61,666 nucleotides of DNA from a virus (Duplodnaviria > Caudoviricetes): positions 1 to 61,666 of the IMG/VR virus record IMGVR_UViG_3300031244_000002; one strand, written 5' to 3'. This document shows positions 46,801 through 56,893 of this stretch, in pieces (the first letter of the stretch is position 1; every line of letters starts with the position of its first letter). The translations under genes and the position numbers were made by a program. The notes beneath the pieces were generated by a model. It was not told the DNA's origin. It saw only the letters and a program-made list of their open reading frames with translations, and did not search any database.

Positions 46801-49800
46801 GTGCTCGATATGTCCCCAGATGACTATTTCGAGTGGACCCGAAAACAACCTCAAGGGCAGACTGGAGAGAGTTATCGCATTGGTACGGCGGCAATCGGAG
46901 ATGCTGAGGCAATCAGTTCCCTCAAAGAGAGTGTAGATATTGCTAAGCAACAATGTCAAGAGGCACGCGATAATATGCGCAAGGGAACTCCAGCAGAAAA
47001 ATCTCAAGCCGCAAATGATGCCCATCTTCTTGGGTTCAAACTACAGTTCTTCAATGAGGCTATACAAGCAGCCGAAAATACTGGCAGCGCAGTAGGCCAC
47101 CCAGAAGTTGCTGCCGCACACGAACGATTTACCTCATCTAAAGCACCTTTCGTAGAAACCACCAAAACGGAGAACCCATCCAATGCCGCTAATGAAGGGC
47201 AACAGCCCGAAGAAAATATCGTACAACATACGCGAGCTCCATCAGGGGCCGCAGTTCCAGAGAACCGAGCAGAAGTTCGGGAAGGACAAAGCGAACAAGC
47301 AGGCAGTAGCGATCGCCCTATCGAAAGCCCGAGAAAGCAGCCACGAAGCAGCCGAAAGCCCAAGCTGGGAACGCCGCGAGAAGAAACTCGGACTACCGGA
47401 GTCGAAGGAAAACAAAATGCCCAAGAAACAAGTCCGGCGCCTGTTCGAAAAGAAAGCGTAAAGCCAATCGAAGAGGTTAAGGTTATCGAACCTGCGAAGG
47501 AAGATATTCCGCCATCGATGATGAAGCGTGAGGATCGAATTGCCGAGCTTAAGGCTGGTGGTATCGCTACGATCAAAGGTAAAGCACTAGAGGATGCTAT
47601 GGCCGGTGAGACGATGACTGCGTTGAGTCGCCTTCGTGCAAGCAAACTAGGTAATCAACCGATCGCGGAGACATCTAAGCCCGACATCATTGATCGCCTA
47701 AAGTCGATGAAGCGTGAGACCGCTGGCAAGCTCTACTCAGCACCCGAGGCACTTTATGATGTGGCACACAATGCAGCTATCGATGTGGCGATCCTTGCTA
47801 TCCGCGCCGGTCGCGCGGTCAACGATGTCGTAAAACTAGCGATCGATCGATTCAAGGCCAAGTTCCCTGATTACCATGATGAGCATCTGGCCAAGGTCGA
47901 AGAAGCCGTTCGTGGTGCCATTAAGCTTGGCGAGGAGCGCCGCGCCGCAAAGGGCAAGGAGACCGCACAGAGCCGCGTACCCGAGAGCCTACGTGAAGTC
48001 GGAGTACCGGCCAAAGATATCACCCACGATGTCCGCGCTCAGAATGACCGGATGGCCGAAGCGCGTGATCTCATTGCTAAAGGTGGAGACGCGAAGGCAG
48101 AGAAATTGATCTCAGATCGTAAGCTACCCGCCGATACGCGCGTCGCACTTGGAGGCGTATTGATCCAGCAAAAGATGGATGCGCTCCGTACGGCAAAGCC
48201 AGAAGATGTCGAACGTCTTACTCAAGATATTCAACGTATCACCGCGGCCACACGTGCAGGCGTATCCACAGAGTCTGGCCAAGGCGTTGCGATGCACTCA
48301 AAGATTTACGAGAATTTAGCAGTAGGGTCGGCAATGGAATATACAAAGGAGGCTACTCGTCAACGTGAGCAAAATATGGGTGGTAAAGATATCGATAAAG
48401 CCGCAACCGAGGCCGCAGAAGAACTCAACAAGGCAAAGACTAAAGAAGAGCGCGATGCCGCAATAGAAAAGCTTAAGAAAAAGTACGACACTAAACCGGC
48501 GCATAAGATGCTCGATGCACTCAAAAACATCGACATAGCCAAGGAACTCAACCGCCTCGGGGTGCTTACCCGTGACGACATAATAAATCTCGCTGGTAAC
48601 GCGCTCGGGATTCCCGGAATCTCTCAGGTTAAGCTTAAGCATATCGCCGAACTCGCTGATGCCGTCGACAAAGCTAAGTCTCATTCTGAGAGAGCTCGCG
48701 CTGAAATCGAATTAGCCGATACACTCCATATCTATAAAGGTGTTAACCCTCTAGATCTTGAGGCATCTAATCTCACGCTCAATATTCTTTCCGGTCCAAC
48801 AACGCAGGCGGCGAATCTTGAAGGCAATGCGCTTAACCTCGTAGCACAACTCGGCACCACCGCAGCTGTAAATCCATCGAAGATCGGCGCGATCATGCAG
48901 GGGCTCAAAGACGGTATTCCACTCGGATGGGACCAGGCGAAGTCGATTATGGCAACCGGCCGAGGAACCCGTGACTTCCAGGATAAAACTCTTGGCGCTG
49001 GTAATGCACTAGCTAAGGTCGACTACGCTCGTGACTTTCCTAGGCTAAATAAAACGGTTGGATATATACTTACCGTACGAGCCCGATTACTAGATAAGAT
49101 CTCACGATTCATGAAAGCGGCTGATGCCGTGTTCTATTATCCAGCGCGTGAAGCTTATGCTCGACTGGTGGCCACTAAATTACTCGAAGGTGAATTCACT
49201 GGGGCCGAACTAAACAAGCGCGTGAGCGAAGCCCTGCATACCACGCCCGAGGCATTCCATAGCGCCCGCGTGCAGGCAATGCAAGAAGGCTATACAGGTA
49301 TCGATCTAGGTCGACGCGTGGCCGACATCATTGAGGAGCGCCGAGCCGCAAATGAAGCTGGAGGTAAAACCGTGAAAGAATCCGAGCAGTTTGCCGCTGA
49401 AGCTACATATAACAATGAGCCAGTAGGTCTGGCTGGCGTTATCTATCGAAACCTTGCACACACTGTACGTGATGCAGATATCGCAGGCGTACCTGTTCTG
49501 AAGCCATGGGCAATGTTTCTTCGCGTCCCGGCAAACGTATTCAACGCGACGACCAACTTTACGCCACTGGGCGCTTCTAGGGCATTATTCGGTATGAAGG
49601 GTGAGCGCTACCGCCGCGGTGGAACGGGCGAAAACCAGTGGCGTAACTTTACAAAAGACGAACAGCACCGGCTATATCTGCAGAGTGTGATAGGCACCAC
49701 GTTGATGGCCGGACTCGTCGGACATATCGTGAATGGAGGACAGATAAATATATCGGCCTCTGGTCCAGATGACCCACAGAAGCGCAATCAGCTAAGAGCA

Positions 49801-50547
49801 TCAGGTTGGAACCCCTACTCAATAAAGGTTGGGAATAAATGGATCTCCTATCGCGATTCACCACTGATCGTGCCATTAGCAATCATCGGTCATACCGCTG
49901 ATTCGATGAAATATCAGAAGGCTAAATCCGACATGATTCTAGGAAGTCAGGTAGCCGACTCGCTTGCACATTCTCCACAGATCATATTCCAAACCTCTAT
50001 GCTAAGTGGTCTATCCGACCTCATGGGGAGTCTGAGCGGGAAAGGCGATGTCACTGGCAACGTCGTGCGTACGCTCGGAAGCATACCAGCAAATTTACTT
50101 ATCCCTTACAACCGGTTGCTTCAGCAGGTTGACCAGAGTTTCGACAACACAGCCTACGATAATAACCCGCTTATAAGCGGCGTACCATTTATACGTAGAA
50201 CGGGTAATCCGCAGGTTGATGCGCAAGGTCGTACCCGAGGATATCCCCCGGCCAGCCGTTTCGTCTCTACAGAAAATAACGATCCGGTTGATAATGTTCT
50301 TCGCGAAAAAAATGTATTCGTACCAGAACCAAGCAAGAGCACAAAGATCGGTAACAACATAATGACCGAGGAGCAGTACTATCTTTATCACAAGCTCTCT
50401 GGTCAGCGTATTCGGAATCGACTTATCACGATAGCTCCGCAGCTCCGAATCCTCAATCAAGAGAAAGCCCAAGATCGTATCGATGAGATCGCACGTCAGG
50501 AACACCAGAATGTGAAGCAGATGATCTCAGCTGGAGTAAAGCGTTGA
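43888..50547 (+). CDS. Very large helical protein, probable internal virion / DNA-ejection protein
   Basis: 2219 aa, Ala/Gly-rich helical blocks, low-complexity linker, between terL and portal. Confidence 0.55.
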   Translation: MPTAPANKTVDDEEDSPALIEGDPNRPISRSRLDTAVRATSAPKPYEQTDQELGQQQPEQKVIGTTGGEIPTFESDRPQQPVQWSADPIKRQQQVQQEITRRRQAQGSAEHPFLPTAWAPDMSSISNPHDDRKFEAQAEDQFQYQRQQEVAQRRQAAQQAKADVAEYNSQQLQKFTANGQKHYVDPATGKITPVVDEQGRAQFTPTKWELTKHPKTGDTMLMMRDRYGQRQFKEPQVVAGLDPTDENMYHQLPDGTLSEEPAGSIEELTKSPNYRVAKVALAAQKRNVHAKHQEALAGVKSLLDDATESLNTVKTQRDDLDAQIADTEKLSATTTDPTKLDALTATLQQQMAQRDALSERLKPNGDLGNMVSRHRAAYVAAKASQAVDTYKAQEAEIAAAVRARGGKLEDDPAYKDNLRNLQLNEQLRKNAESEFNKASALSKPTADMTGQEKIDDALASAEPYIRAGKGEKMIGSTPIKAFAEEFGDGRGPVDPNSVLKLHDRSKELEDLLKNDSTTRVTPIVLEHLQQEKNYVDTLLKQRFARLPQDQQQKITDITRDPTLGEKGLEMFAGATRGALKGMSEAVKGTTSFFSRRLIDKSVINPDDNAVTRALDQFEKNVDTQIGVKGITPDVRKKLRDSFVTGTAPEMAGQMASLFVPGGVAGKIGKAAGLGETSIATIGKILTAATGAAQGSNSLRQQAVAVLKPKLDAGQITQDEYTRSVGMAELAGGAIGGSAFVPISRMLNRVSSLPTGSTLITSLLERAAKGGKNSAAQWLIGGAGRKAVANVVSEGVEMGGLGFAQQMANDIAAKTIFDPNRKLSMTDASKAGSDMAVIAALMSAFTHALPKGKGPSTPEIPEAPGSTAPKEPTQPPSAPEPVKQSEPAAKAPEATIPAEHQTVIDRLADAAEKAHTGTPEEQAAAQVELEKIFTESEPIVKGKLAEEQAADKEARSKPIAKEGASPKETAKAVLDMSPDDYFEWTRKQPQGQTGESYRIGTAAIGDAEAISSLKESVDIAKQQCQEARDNMRKGTPAEKSQAANDAHLLGFKLQFFNEAIQAAENTGSAVGHPEVAAAHERFTSSKAPFVETTKTENPSNAANEGQQPEENIVQHTRAPSGAAVPENRAEVREGQSEQAGSSDRPIESPRKQPRSSRKPKLGTPREETRTTGVEGKQNAQETSPAPVRKESVKPIEEVKVIEPAKEDIPPSMMKREDRIAELKAGGIATIKGKALEDAMAGETMTALSRLRASKLGNQPIAETSKPDIIDRLKSMKRETAGKLYSAPEALYDVAHNAAIDVAILAIRAGRAVNDVVKLAIDRFKAKFPDYHDEHLAKVEEAVRGAIKLGEERRAAKGKETAQSRVPESLREVGVPAKDITHDVRAQNDRMAEARDLIAKGGDAKAEKLISDRKLPADTRVALGGVLIQQKMDALRTAKPEDVERLTQDIQRITAATRAGVSTESGQGVAMHSKIYENLAVGSAMEYTKEATRQREQNMGGKDIDKAATEAAEELNKAKTKEERDAAIEKLKKKYDTKPAHKMLDALKNIDIAKELNRLGVLTRDDIINLAGNALGIPGISQVKLKHIAELADAVDKAKSHSERARAEIELADTLHIYKGVNPLDLEASNLTLNILSGPTTQAANLEGNALNLVAQLGTTAAVNPSKIGAIMQGLKDGIPLGWDQAKSIMATGRGTRDFQDKTLGAGNALAKVDYARDFPRLNKTVGYILTVRARLLDKISRFMKAADAVFYYPAREAYARLVATKLLEGEFTGAELNKRVSEALHTTPEAFHSARVQAMQEGYTGIDLGRRVADIIEERRAANEAGGKTVKESEQFAAEATYNNEPVGLAGVIYRNLAHTVRDADIAGVPVLKPWAMFLRVPANVFNATTNFTPLGASRALFGMKGERYRRGGTGENQWRNFTKDEQHRLYLQSVIGTTLMAGLVGHIVNGGQINISASGPDDPQKRNQLRASGWNPYSIKVGNKWISYRDSPLIVPLAIIGHTADSMKYQKAKSDMILGSQVADSLAHSPQIIFQTSMLSGLSDLMGSLSGKGDVTGNVVRTLGSIPANLLIPYNRLLQQVDQSFDNTAYDNNPLISGVPFIRRTGNPQVDAQGRTRGYPPASRFVSTENNDPVDNVLREKNVFVPEPSKSTKIGNNIMTEEQYYLYHKLSGQRIRNRLITIAPQLRILNQEKAQDRIDEIARQEHQNVKQMISAGVKR

Positions 50548-50581
50548 ACGTTTATCAATAGTAGCCTAACCAATCTAACTA

Positions 50582-52960
50582 ATGAGCGCCAATAATTCCC
50601 AGGTATCCACTTTCATCCATAAGGCAGATGAAGCGCTACGAAACGTTGAGGCACCAGCTATCGCCAGAGAAGAGCCTAAAGTTCCATTTCAATCTGCCCT
50701 CAAGCTAACAGCCGAACAGGAAAAGAAGATGATCGAGCATGCGTTCAAGCGACTTGAAACGCTATCGAATGAGACGGGACGCAATCAGACGAATAGCCCC
50801 ACGTGGTGGACCGGGCAAGTAGCTGCTGGCGCAAATACCGCGCTCGCATCCCAAGGTCTGGTTACGGCTGCGGATACATTCATGGGTAAACGCTCGCGCT
50901 ACGATGCGACATTCTTAAACGATGTCTCGTGGCGCCCATTCACAATGGGGCCAGAAAGCATATTCAACTCTTCGAATATCACTGTTCCTCTTGTCCGTCG
51001 CATCTGCCGCCAGATGCAGGCCAAGGCGATCAATGCATTTTTTGGGTCTGATCCATGGTTCTCAGTAGATCCTGCTCCAGTCCCTGAGTTCGATCCACAG
51101 GATGACGAGGGACGCGCACTACGTATCGAGCGATTCTGCCGATTCAAGCTTCATGAATCAGGGTCCCGCGATGACAAGGAACGTGCCATTAAGCGTGCGT
51201 TAATTCTTGGAGAATGCGCAGTGAAGACATCCTATGTCGTGCGTGACCAGATGTTCAACGTGGAGGCGCGCGTACTCACCGATGTAGATGGCCAGCCAAT
51301 CCGTGCACAGGACGGTAATCACATCATCGAAGGAGAGGAGTTTATTGACGCCGAAGATGGAACTGGAAATCAGGTTTTAGCTCGCGATAAAACAACTCAA
51401 AAACCAGCAGCCCCGATCTACACTCAGGTTCCGCTCAATCGTCGCCAGATACTATTCGAGGGTGCGCGCTCTGAGCCGATTTTCTTTAAAGACTTCCTTT
51501 GCCCAATTACAGCGACCGACGTACAGACGGCAGATACTATTGTTCACCTCTATGATAAGCCAGTGATGGAATTCGTGGATCTTGTGGTGAAACGCGGCAT
51601 GGTCGACGATAGCACGGACGAGCGTATTGGAGCTACTCAGAAGATGCTGGCTCTAATTAAGAAACTATCTAACAACTCGCCACTGCCAAAGTCTGCGATC
51701 GATAGCCAGAATCGACCTAACGATAATTTCCAGGCAGCTCCTACCGTAGAGACCGGTGGGCCTATCAGCGAGTTTGCAGAGTTCTACATGTGGTATGATG
51801 CCAATGAAGACGGAGTGGCGGAGAACATCATGCTGATCGCTGATCGTAATTCAAAGGCCCCTATCTTTTACGACCACGTTGCAAATATCACAACCGATGG
51901 ACTGCGTCCGATCGAGATCGTACGCATAAATCCAGTCGAGGGCCGCTGGTATGGGCTCGGTATAATGGAGCTCTTTGAGTCATATGGCACGATTACCGAT
52001 CTACTGGTTAATCGGTGGAATTTCAGCCAATCTAGATCTGGCCGGGTGGACTTTTGGAATCCAACTAACACACTTGAGGGTGATCGTGATCCAAGTCTCA
52101 AGATGAACTGGGGTGGAAGTTATTCTCTCAAGCCTGGGATGAAACCAGAAGAGACATGCAAACCGGTCTACCTAACAGACACAAAGTTCGATGCTATCCA
52201 CACGATGATCCAGTTCTTCATGCAACTGGCGATGAATGAATCCGGTGTCACCAACGCAAATGATGATCAGGCTGCTGGCATGCAGTCAGCGAAACTCGCG
52301 ACTGGAATTATTGAGGTAAGCAAGTCAGGGGACGAGCTATTTCAGCCGATCATCCAAGATCTCAAAGGGCCACTAGAAAAGCTGCTTACCCGTGAGATAG
52401 ATGTGACGCTAGCCAATCTTAATCCCAAGGAGGTCTACACGTATCTTGAAGGCGACACGCTTGGTGTGGACACATTAACACCAGACGACGTTAGGAATCT
52501 AAAGTTCAAAACCAAGATAGAGCTCACGTCGATGCGCGATAATCAATCGCTCCAGATGTCGGCCCAGGCATCTGCGCTTGTAGAGAAATTCTACATGCTT
52601 ACTCCCGCAGTGCAGGAAAAGGTTGCCAGTTTCTATAGGCAGCAGCTTCGCGTGCTCGATCCTAAGGCAGATGCTGATCGTGCGATACAGCCGCTGGATC
52701 CACCTACCGAACCACCAAATGAAACCAAGACCGGAGTAAATGTATCGGCTAAAATCGAGATGCTCACACCTGAAGAGCGAGCGAAGGTCATGCAAAAGCT
52801 CGACGTTCAAGAAACACCAGAAGATTTATCGAGCGCCCCTAAGCCTTTAGCACATAAGAACGGAGCTAATGGATCTACACATAAGTTAGGTGACGGCGGG
52901 GCAGCTGGATCTACTAGGTTCCCGACTCAGCTCACACAGGCAGGCAATAGGAAGACGTAA
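50582..52960 (+). CDS. Portal protein (podovirus-type)
   Basis: 792 aa; ALILGECAVK, PVEGRWYGLGI.E, SGV....AG....KLATGI patterns. Confidence 0.75.
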   Translation: MSANNSQVSTFIHKADEALRNVEAPAIAREEPKVPFQSALKLTAEQEKKMIEHAFKRLETLSNETGRNQTNSPTWWTGQVAAGANTALASQGLVTAADTFMGKRSRYDATFLNDVSWRPFTMGPESIFNSSNITVPLVRRICRQMQAKAINAFFGSDPWFSVDPAPVPEFDPQDDEGRALRIERFCRFKLHESGSRDDKERAIKRALILGECAVKTSYVVRDQMFNVEARVLTDVDGQPIRAQDGNHIIEGEEFIDAEDGTGNQVLARDKTTQKPAAPIYTQVPLNRRQILFEGARSEPIFFKDFLCPITATDVQTADTIVHLYDKPVMEFVDLVVKRGMVDDSTDERIGATQKMLALIKKLSNNSPLPKSAIDSQNRPNDNFQAAPTVETGGPISEFAEFYMWYDANEDGVAENIMLIADRNSKAPIFYDHVANITTDGLRPIEIVRINPVEGRWYGLGIMELFESYGTITDLLVNRWNFSQSRSGRVDFWNPTNTLEGDRDPSLKMNWGGSYSLKPGMKPEETCKPVYLTDTKFDAIHTMIQFFMQLAMNESGVTNANDDQAAGMQSAKLATGIIEVSKSGDELFQPIIQDLKGPLEKLLTREIDVTLANLNPKEVYTYLEGDTLGVDTLTPDDVRNLKFKTKIELTSMRDNQSLQMSAQASALVEKFYMLTPAVQEKVASFYRQQLRVLDPKADADRAIQPLDPPTEPPNETKTGVNVSAKIEMLTPEERAKVMQKLDVQETPEDLSSAPKPLAHKNGANGSTHKLGDGGAAGSTRFPTQLTQAGNRKT

Positions 52961-52966
52961 ATATAT

Positions 52967-52984
52967 TTCTCGCTTGACGGGAAT
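52967..52984 (+). promoter_or_regulatory. 18-bp repeated promoter/operator motif, copy 3
   Basis: TTCTCGCTTGACGGGAAT upstream of RHH-recT operon. Confidence 0.6.
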
Positions 52985-53010
52985 ATGCCGACCTGCCATC
53001 GGTATGTCTT

Positions 53011-53181
53011 ATGCCGAAACAAAAGAAACGTTATGGGTTCTACGTGGAACTTCCACGCTGGACAATCCACCTCATTAAACTAGCTGCCAAGCGTACTGAA
53101 TCCGGTACCCAGTGGGAGGCGATTCAGGATGCCTTCAATACTTCAGCTAAGAAACAAAAATCCAATAAAGCAAAATCCTAA
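53011..53181 (+). CDS. Ribbon-helix-helix (Arc/MetJ-like) regulator, 56 aa
   Basis: Hand-translated MPKQKKRYGFYVELPRWTIHLIKLAAKRTESGTQWEAIQDAF...; strand-helix-helix pattern; absent from ORF track. Confidence 0.5.
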   Translation: MPKQKKRYGFYVELPRWTIHLIKLAAKRTESGTQWEAIQDAFNTSAKKQKSNKAKS

Positions 53182-53184
53182 GCC

Positions 53185-54495
53185 ATGTCTGACTCACAAC
53201 TAGCGGAGCGCCCACAGTCTGTTAAGGACTATCTCGCACTTCCATCATACCGAGATCGTTTCCATGAAGTGATGGGAAAACGTGCGAATCAATTCATGGC
53301 CTCTATTGTCGCATCAGCGCAGATGCCCGCACTGAAAGATGCCGAACCACGCTCAGTAATCGCTGCCGCAATGGTCGCAGCTACACTCGACCTACCAGTA
53401 AACCCCACACTTGGTATGGCGCACATCGTTGCCTACGGTGATAAAACTGGTGCAAAGATAGCACAGTTCCAGTGTGGCTATAAGGGATTCATCCAACTCG
53501 CACTACGGTCCGGCCAGTACAAAAGACTGAATGCTGGACCATTAAATTCAGAAGCCTTCGCTGGCTATGATCTCGTTGGTGAGCCAAAGCTAGATTGGTC
53601 TGAATATGACCCAGTCAAACCAGTGGGCGGATATTTCTGCGCTTTTGAGTTACTCAATGGATTCACGAAAGTAGTTTATTGGCCCAAGAAGCAAGTTGAA
53701 GAACACGCAAAGCGATTCAGTAAGGCCTATCAAAAGGGCTACCAGTCTTCACCGTGGTTTTCTGATTTTGACGGTATGGCTACCAAGACGGTGATAAAGA
53801 ATGCCCTGACGAAATGGGGAATTCTTTCTGTTGAGATGCAGAAAGCAGCTACCCACGACCAGGGCGTTCAAGTGGATGTCGATTCGGACGTTAAATATGT
53901 CGATGCCGAGCCATTGAATACTACTTCTGAAAATGAAGCTGAAACAACCGGCGCCACTCAACAGCCTACCCGTCCAGCACCTCCGCCGCGCGCCAAGAAA
54001 GGTGCCGCTGCAGCTGAAGCTGCAATCGACGTCACGGCTACCCCGGTTAAGAATCCAGAGAAAACTGTCGAACTAGAGAAGCCCGTGGTCAAAGAACAAG
54101 AGCCGGCACAAGCACCCAAGACCGAAGAAAAGAAGCCAGAGCCCCCCAAGAATCAGACACCTCGGCAATCTCTCCAAGACAAGGAAGAGCTGGTTACTGT
54201 ATGCGTGCCTGACAAGCTTTTCGCGCTCAATATCAAGCTTGCTGGCGTGGATACACCATCAGTACGTGCTACACTTAAGGGCGGATACATTGGTGATGTC
54301 TACCACTTCGGCGGTGCAATCAAGAACCCTTCTGGTGATGGGCTGATCCCAACCAAAGAATGGGAGATCGGAACTCCTGTCTCGCTCCTGCTGAGTGGCC
54401 GACTCAATAGTAAATCAGGAACACTGCTCACCGAGGTAAAGAAAATAACTCCAGTTGAGGCTGCGTCCGACACGGCGCAGATGGCGATTGAGTGA
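53185..54495 (+). CDS. recT: RecT-family ssDNA annealing protein
   Basis: AATLDLP.NP.LG.AHIV.Y, AQFQ.GYKGFIQLALRSGQY, W..DFD.MA.KTVIK. Confidence 0.9.
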   Translation: MSDSQLAERPQSVKDYLALPSYRDRFHEVMGKRANQFMASIVASAQMPALKDAEPRSVIAAAMVAATLDLPVNPTLGMAHIVAYGDKTGAKIAQFQCGYKGFIQLALRSGQYKRLNAGPLNSEAFAGYDLVGEPKLDWSEYDPVKPVGGYFCAFELLNGFTKVVYWPKKQVEEHAKRFSKAYQKGYQSSPWFSDFDGMATKTVIKNALTKWGILSVEMQKAATHDQGVQVDVDSDVKYVDAEPLNTTSENEAETTGATQQPTRPAPPPRAKKGAAAAEAAIDVTATPVKNPEKTVELEKPVVKEQEPAQAPKTEEKKPEPPKNQTPRQSLQDKEELVTVCVPDKLFALNIKLAGVDTPSVRATLKGGYIGDVYHFGGAIKNPSGDGLIPTKEWEIGTPVSLLLSGRLNSKSGTLLTEVKKITPVEAASDTAQMAIE

Positions 54496-55285
54496 GGCTA
54501 TCGTACTCGAAGCGATCACACCGGCTACCCAGCTGGTGTTGGTCGACTCTAAATTCGTCTCTGCGCTAACAGCCGTAGAGGCACAGGTTGCTACGCTAAA
54601 GATCACTGATTCTAATTCAGCGCAACTGGCCGCGGACCTACAGATCCGCCTTACTACGGCCGGCCGTAAGCTGGAAGAAGCACGGAAGATCATCAAGCAA
54701 CCATTCCTAGACAAATGCGCTGAGATCGAGAATGCAGCGCGCGGACCAGCCCAGCGCATCATACGCGCAAAAGATTCAATCAAGAAGGCGCTAACTGACT
54801 TCGAAGTAGAACAGACGCGCATAGCTGAAGAGAAAGAATCCGAGCGCCTTCGTGAGCTTGATCGACTGGAGAAACTACGCCAAACAGAGGAAGCTGAAGC
54901 ACAACGTAAGGCAGCAGAACTGGCCAAGCTTGCCGCTGAAGAAGCAGCCAAATCAGCTACACCTACGATCGAGATCGAGTTCGATGATGAGCCTGCACCA
55001 CAAGCGCAAAAGACCGAGACAGAGAAAAAGATTGAGGCGATTAAATACGCCCCAGTGGTGTATGCACCTATAGTAGAAGGCGTTAGGTTCAAGACCGTGC
55101 TCATTCCGACCGTCGAGGATATATCTAAAGTCCCCGACTGCTTTGTTATCAAGACCGTGAACTATCAGGCTATCAAGACGACGTTCTGTACCGGCTACAA
55201 AGAAGGCCAACCATTACCCGTCTGTAATGGAGTGAAGTTCGAGGCCAAGCGTGAAGTAGATTCAACTGGTAGGAGAGTATTTTGA
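54488..55285 (+). CDS. Coiled-coil hypothetical protein of recombination module
   Basis: LEEARKIIKQPF..., E/K/A-rich; likely TTG start at 54488. Confidence 0.55.
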   Translation: MSEAIVLEAITPATQLVLVDSKFVSALTAVEAQVATLKITDSNSAQLAADLQIRLTTAGRKLEEARKIIKQPFLDKCAEIENAARGPAQRIIRAKDSIKKALTDFEVEQTRIAEEKESERLRELDRLEKLRQTEEAEAQRKAAELAKLAAEEAAKSATPTIEIEFDDEPAPQAQKTETEKKIEAIKYAPVVYAPIVEGVRFKTVLIPTVEDISKVPDCFVIKTVNYQAIKTTFCTGYKEGQPLPVCNGVKFEAKREVDSTGRRVF

Positions 55286-55418
55286 AAGAAACTATGAAAA
55301 CAAAACTCAAAAAACGTTGGATAGTGACAAAAGATGGTGTCGATTGCGGGTTAGCCAAAGCCACAGAACTAGGCTTATGACACGAAATCTTGTCTAGTGT
55401 GGTAGTGCGTCAACACTT

Positions 55419-55613
55419 ATGGGTAAGCGCGGTGTTCTGGTTAAGAAACCTGAAGATCCAGCTGACTTTGCCACCGAAAAGTCGGCGTTGAAATATATCG
55501 GTATCGCCGAACGATGCGCCAATAAGTTCCGTGGTACGCTCGTCGATGAGATGCCCAAGCTTAGGCCACTCATTGAAGGCGGAGTATTCGGTGTAAGGAT
55601 GATGCATCGATGA
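55419..55613 (+). CDS. Hypothetical protein
   Basis: ATGA-coupled to nuclease; start uncertain. Confidence 0.35.
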   Translation: MGKRGVLVKKPEDPADFATEKSALKYIGIAERCANKFRGTLVDEMPKLRPLIEGGVFGVRMMHR

Positions 55614-56749
55614 AGCCATCAATCCGCTGCAGTGAACTTGACCGCGTGTTGTCCTGTAATGGGTCACTTACACTCACTCGCATAGTAGCCCCTCGCAAGG
55701 GTGACGAGGGCGATGAGGGTACGGATATCCACGCCAATATAGCATGGCGACTAGTTCATGAGCTCGGAGCCACTGATAATGGATTCCCAAATGGATTCAG
55801 CTATGAACCAGGAAAACATATTACCGATTGGATCGTAAACTTCTGCTTTAGGACCGTGCAGGAAGGAACTCCAAGCGACTGGTCTATGGAATGTGAAGTA
55901 CCACTCGAATGTGAGTTCGGTCGGTTCATTCTCACAGGGCATCCAGATCTCGTCGCAATAAATCCCGATGTAACTGAATTCAACATCGACGATTACAAGA
56001 CCGGTTATAATCCGGTAGATATCGCCGAATCTAACTGGCAACTACTCGGATATGCGGCGTTACTAAAGAGCGCTTATCCTACGCTAAAACGCGGGAGAAT
56101 TCGAATCATCCAGCCACGTAATTACGAGGATGAAGGATTCCCGCGTGTCAGCGAATATACGATCGAGAACATAGACGCAGCTATCGCCGGGCTAGAACAG
56201 TTCGTAAACAAGGCCATCGATAACTCGATGGAGCTAAACTCAGGAAATAAACAATGCGCGTGGTGTATCGGCTGCCAATGCCCGGCACTCAAAGAAGAAC
56301 AACGACTCATGAAACTCAAACTCACACCAGAACTACTCGCCAATATCAAGCGTGAGCCAGATGACGCCGCTCTTGCCGACTGGGTTATAACAGCGCGCAC
56401 GCTCAATCGACCAACCGAAGATGCAGAAAAAATGCTGCACGAGCGTTTAGACACAGTGGCATCAATCCAATCCGGTACGGGTGTAACAATCACACGCAAG
56501 ATCACCAAGGGTAGCTACTCGTTCCCGGACATGCTAAAGTTTATACAGGAATTTCGCGATCTAGTCCCAGGTGACGACGCGCTAGCTAGCGTCGTCACTC
56601 CTTCTGTAACCATAGTAAAGGACCAGATCGCCGAAAAGCTTGGCGTTCCAAAAACAGGTAAAGCAGCCGTAACTGCTGAAACACTTTTCGATGCCAAATT
56701 ACGCCCATTCGTAACCCAAGGAGAACGTAAGATTTTACAATTCACATGA
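55610..56749 (+). CDS. PD-(D/E)XK / Cas4-like exonuclease (probable RecT partner)
   Basis: GT.IH, E..L, GHPD, DDYKTG, QLLGYA, C..C..C. Confidence 0.8.
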   Translation: MKPSIRCSELDRVLSCNGSLTLTRIVAPRKGDEGDEGTDIHANIAWRLVHELGATDNGFPNGFSYEPGKHITDWIVNFCFRTVQEGTPSDWSMECEVPLECEFGRFILTGHPDLVAINPDVTEFNIDDYKTGYNPVDIAESNWQLLGYAALLKSAYPTLKRGRIRIIQPRNYEDEGFPRVSEYTIENIDAAIAGLEQFVNKAIDNSMELNSGNKQCAWCIGCQCPALKEEQRLMKLKLTPELLANIKREPDDAALADWVITARTLNRPTEDAEKMLHERLDTVASIQSGTGVTITRKITKGSYSFPDMLKFIQEFRDLVPGDDALASVVTPSVTIVKDQIAEKLGVPKTGKAAVTAETLFDAKLRPFVTQGERKILQFT

Positions 56750-56893
56750 AGATCGTTGAACGTCCGTATAGAAAATCCAAATATCGCCGTCGTACTATGT
56801 CTCGCCTACCCCAGCTCAATAAGGCCAACCAGCTTTATCGTCGACTTATAGGTGGACACAAACCAGCGGCTCAAAATCATACCCCAATCTTAC

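Noticed and set aside
55610-56749. CRISPR-associated cas4
   Set aside because: No cas genes or array; context next to recT indicates a phage recombination exonuclease
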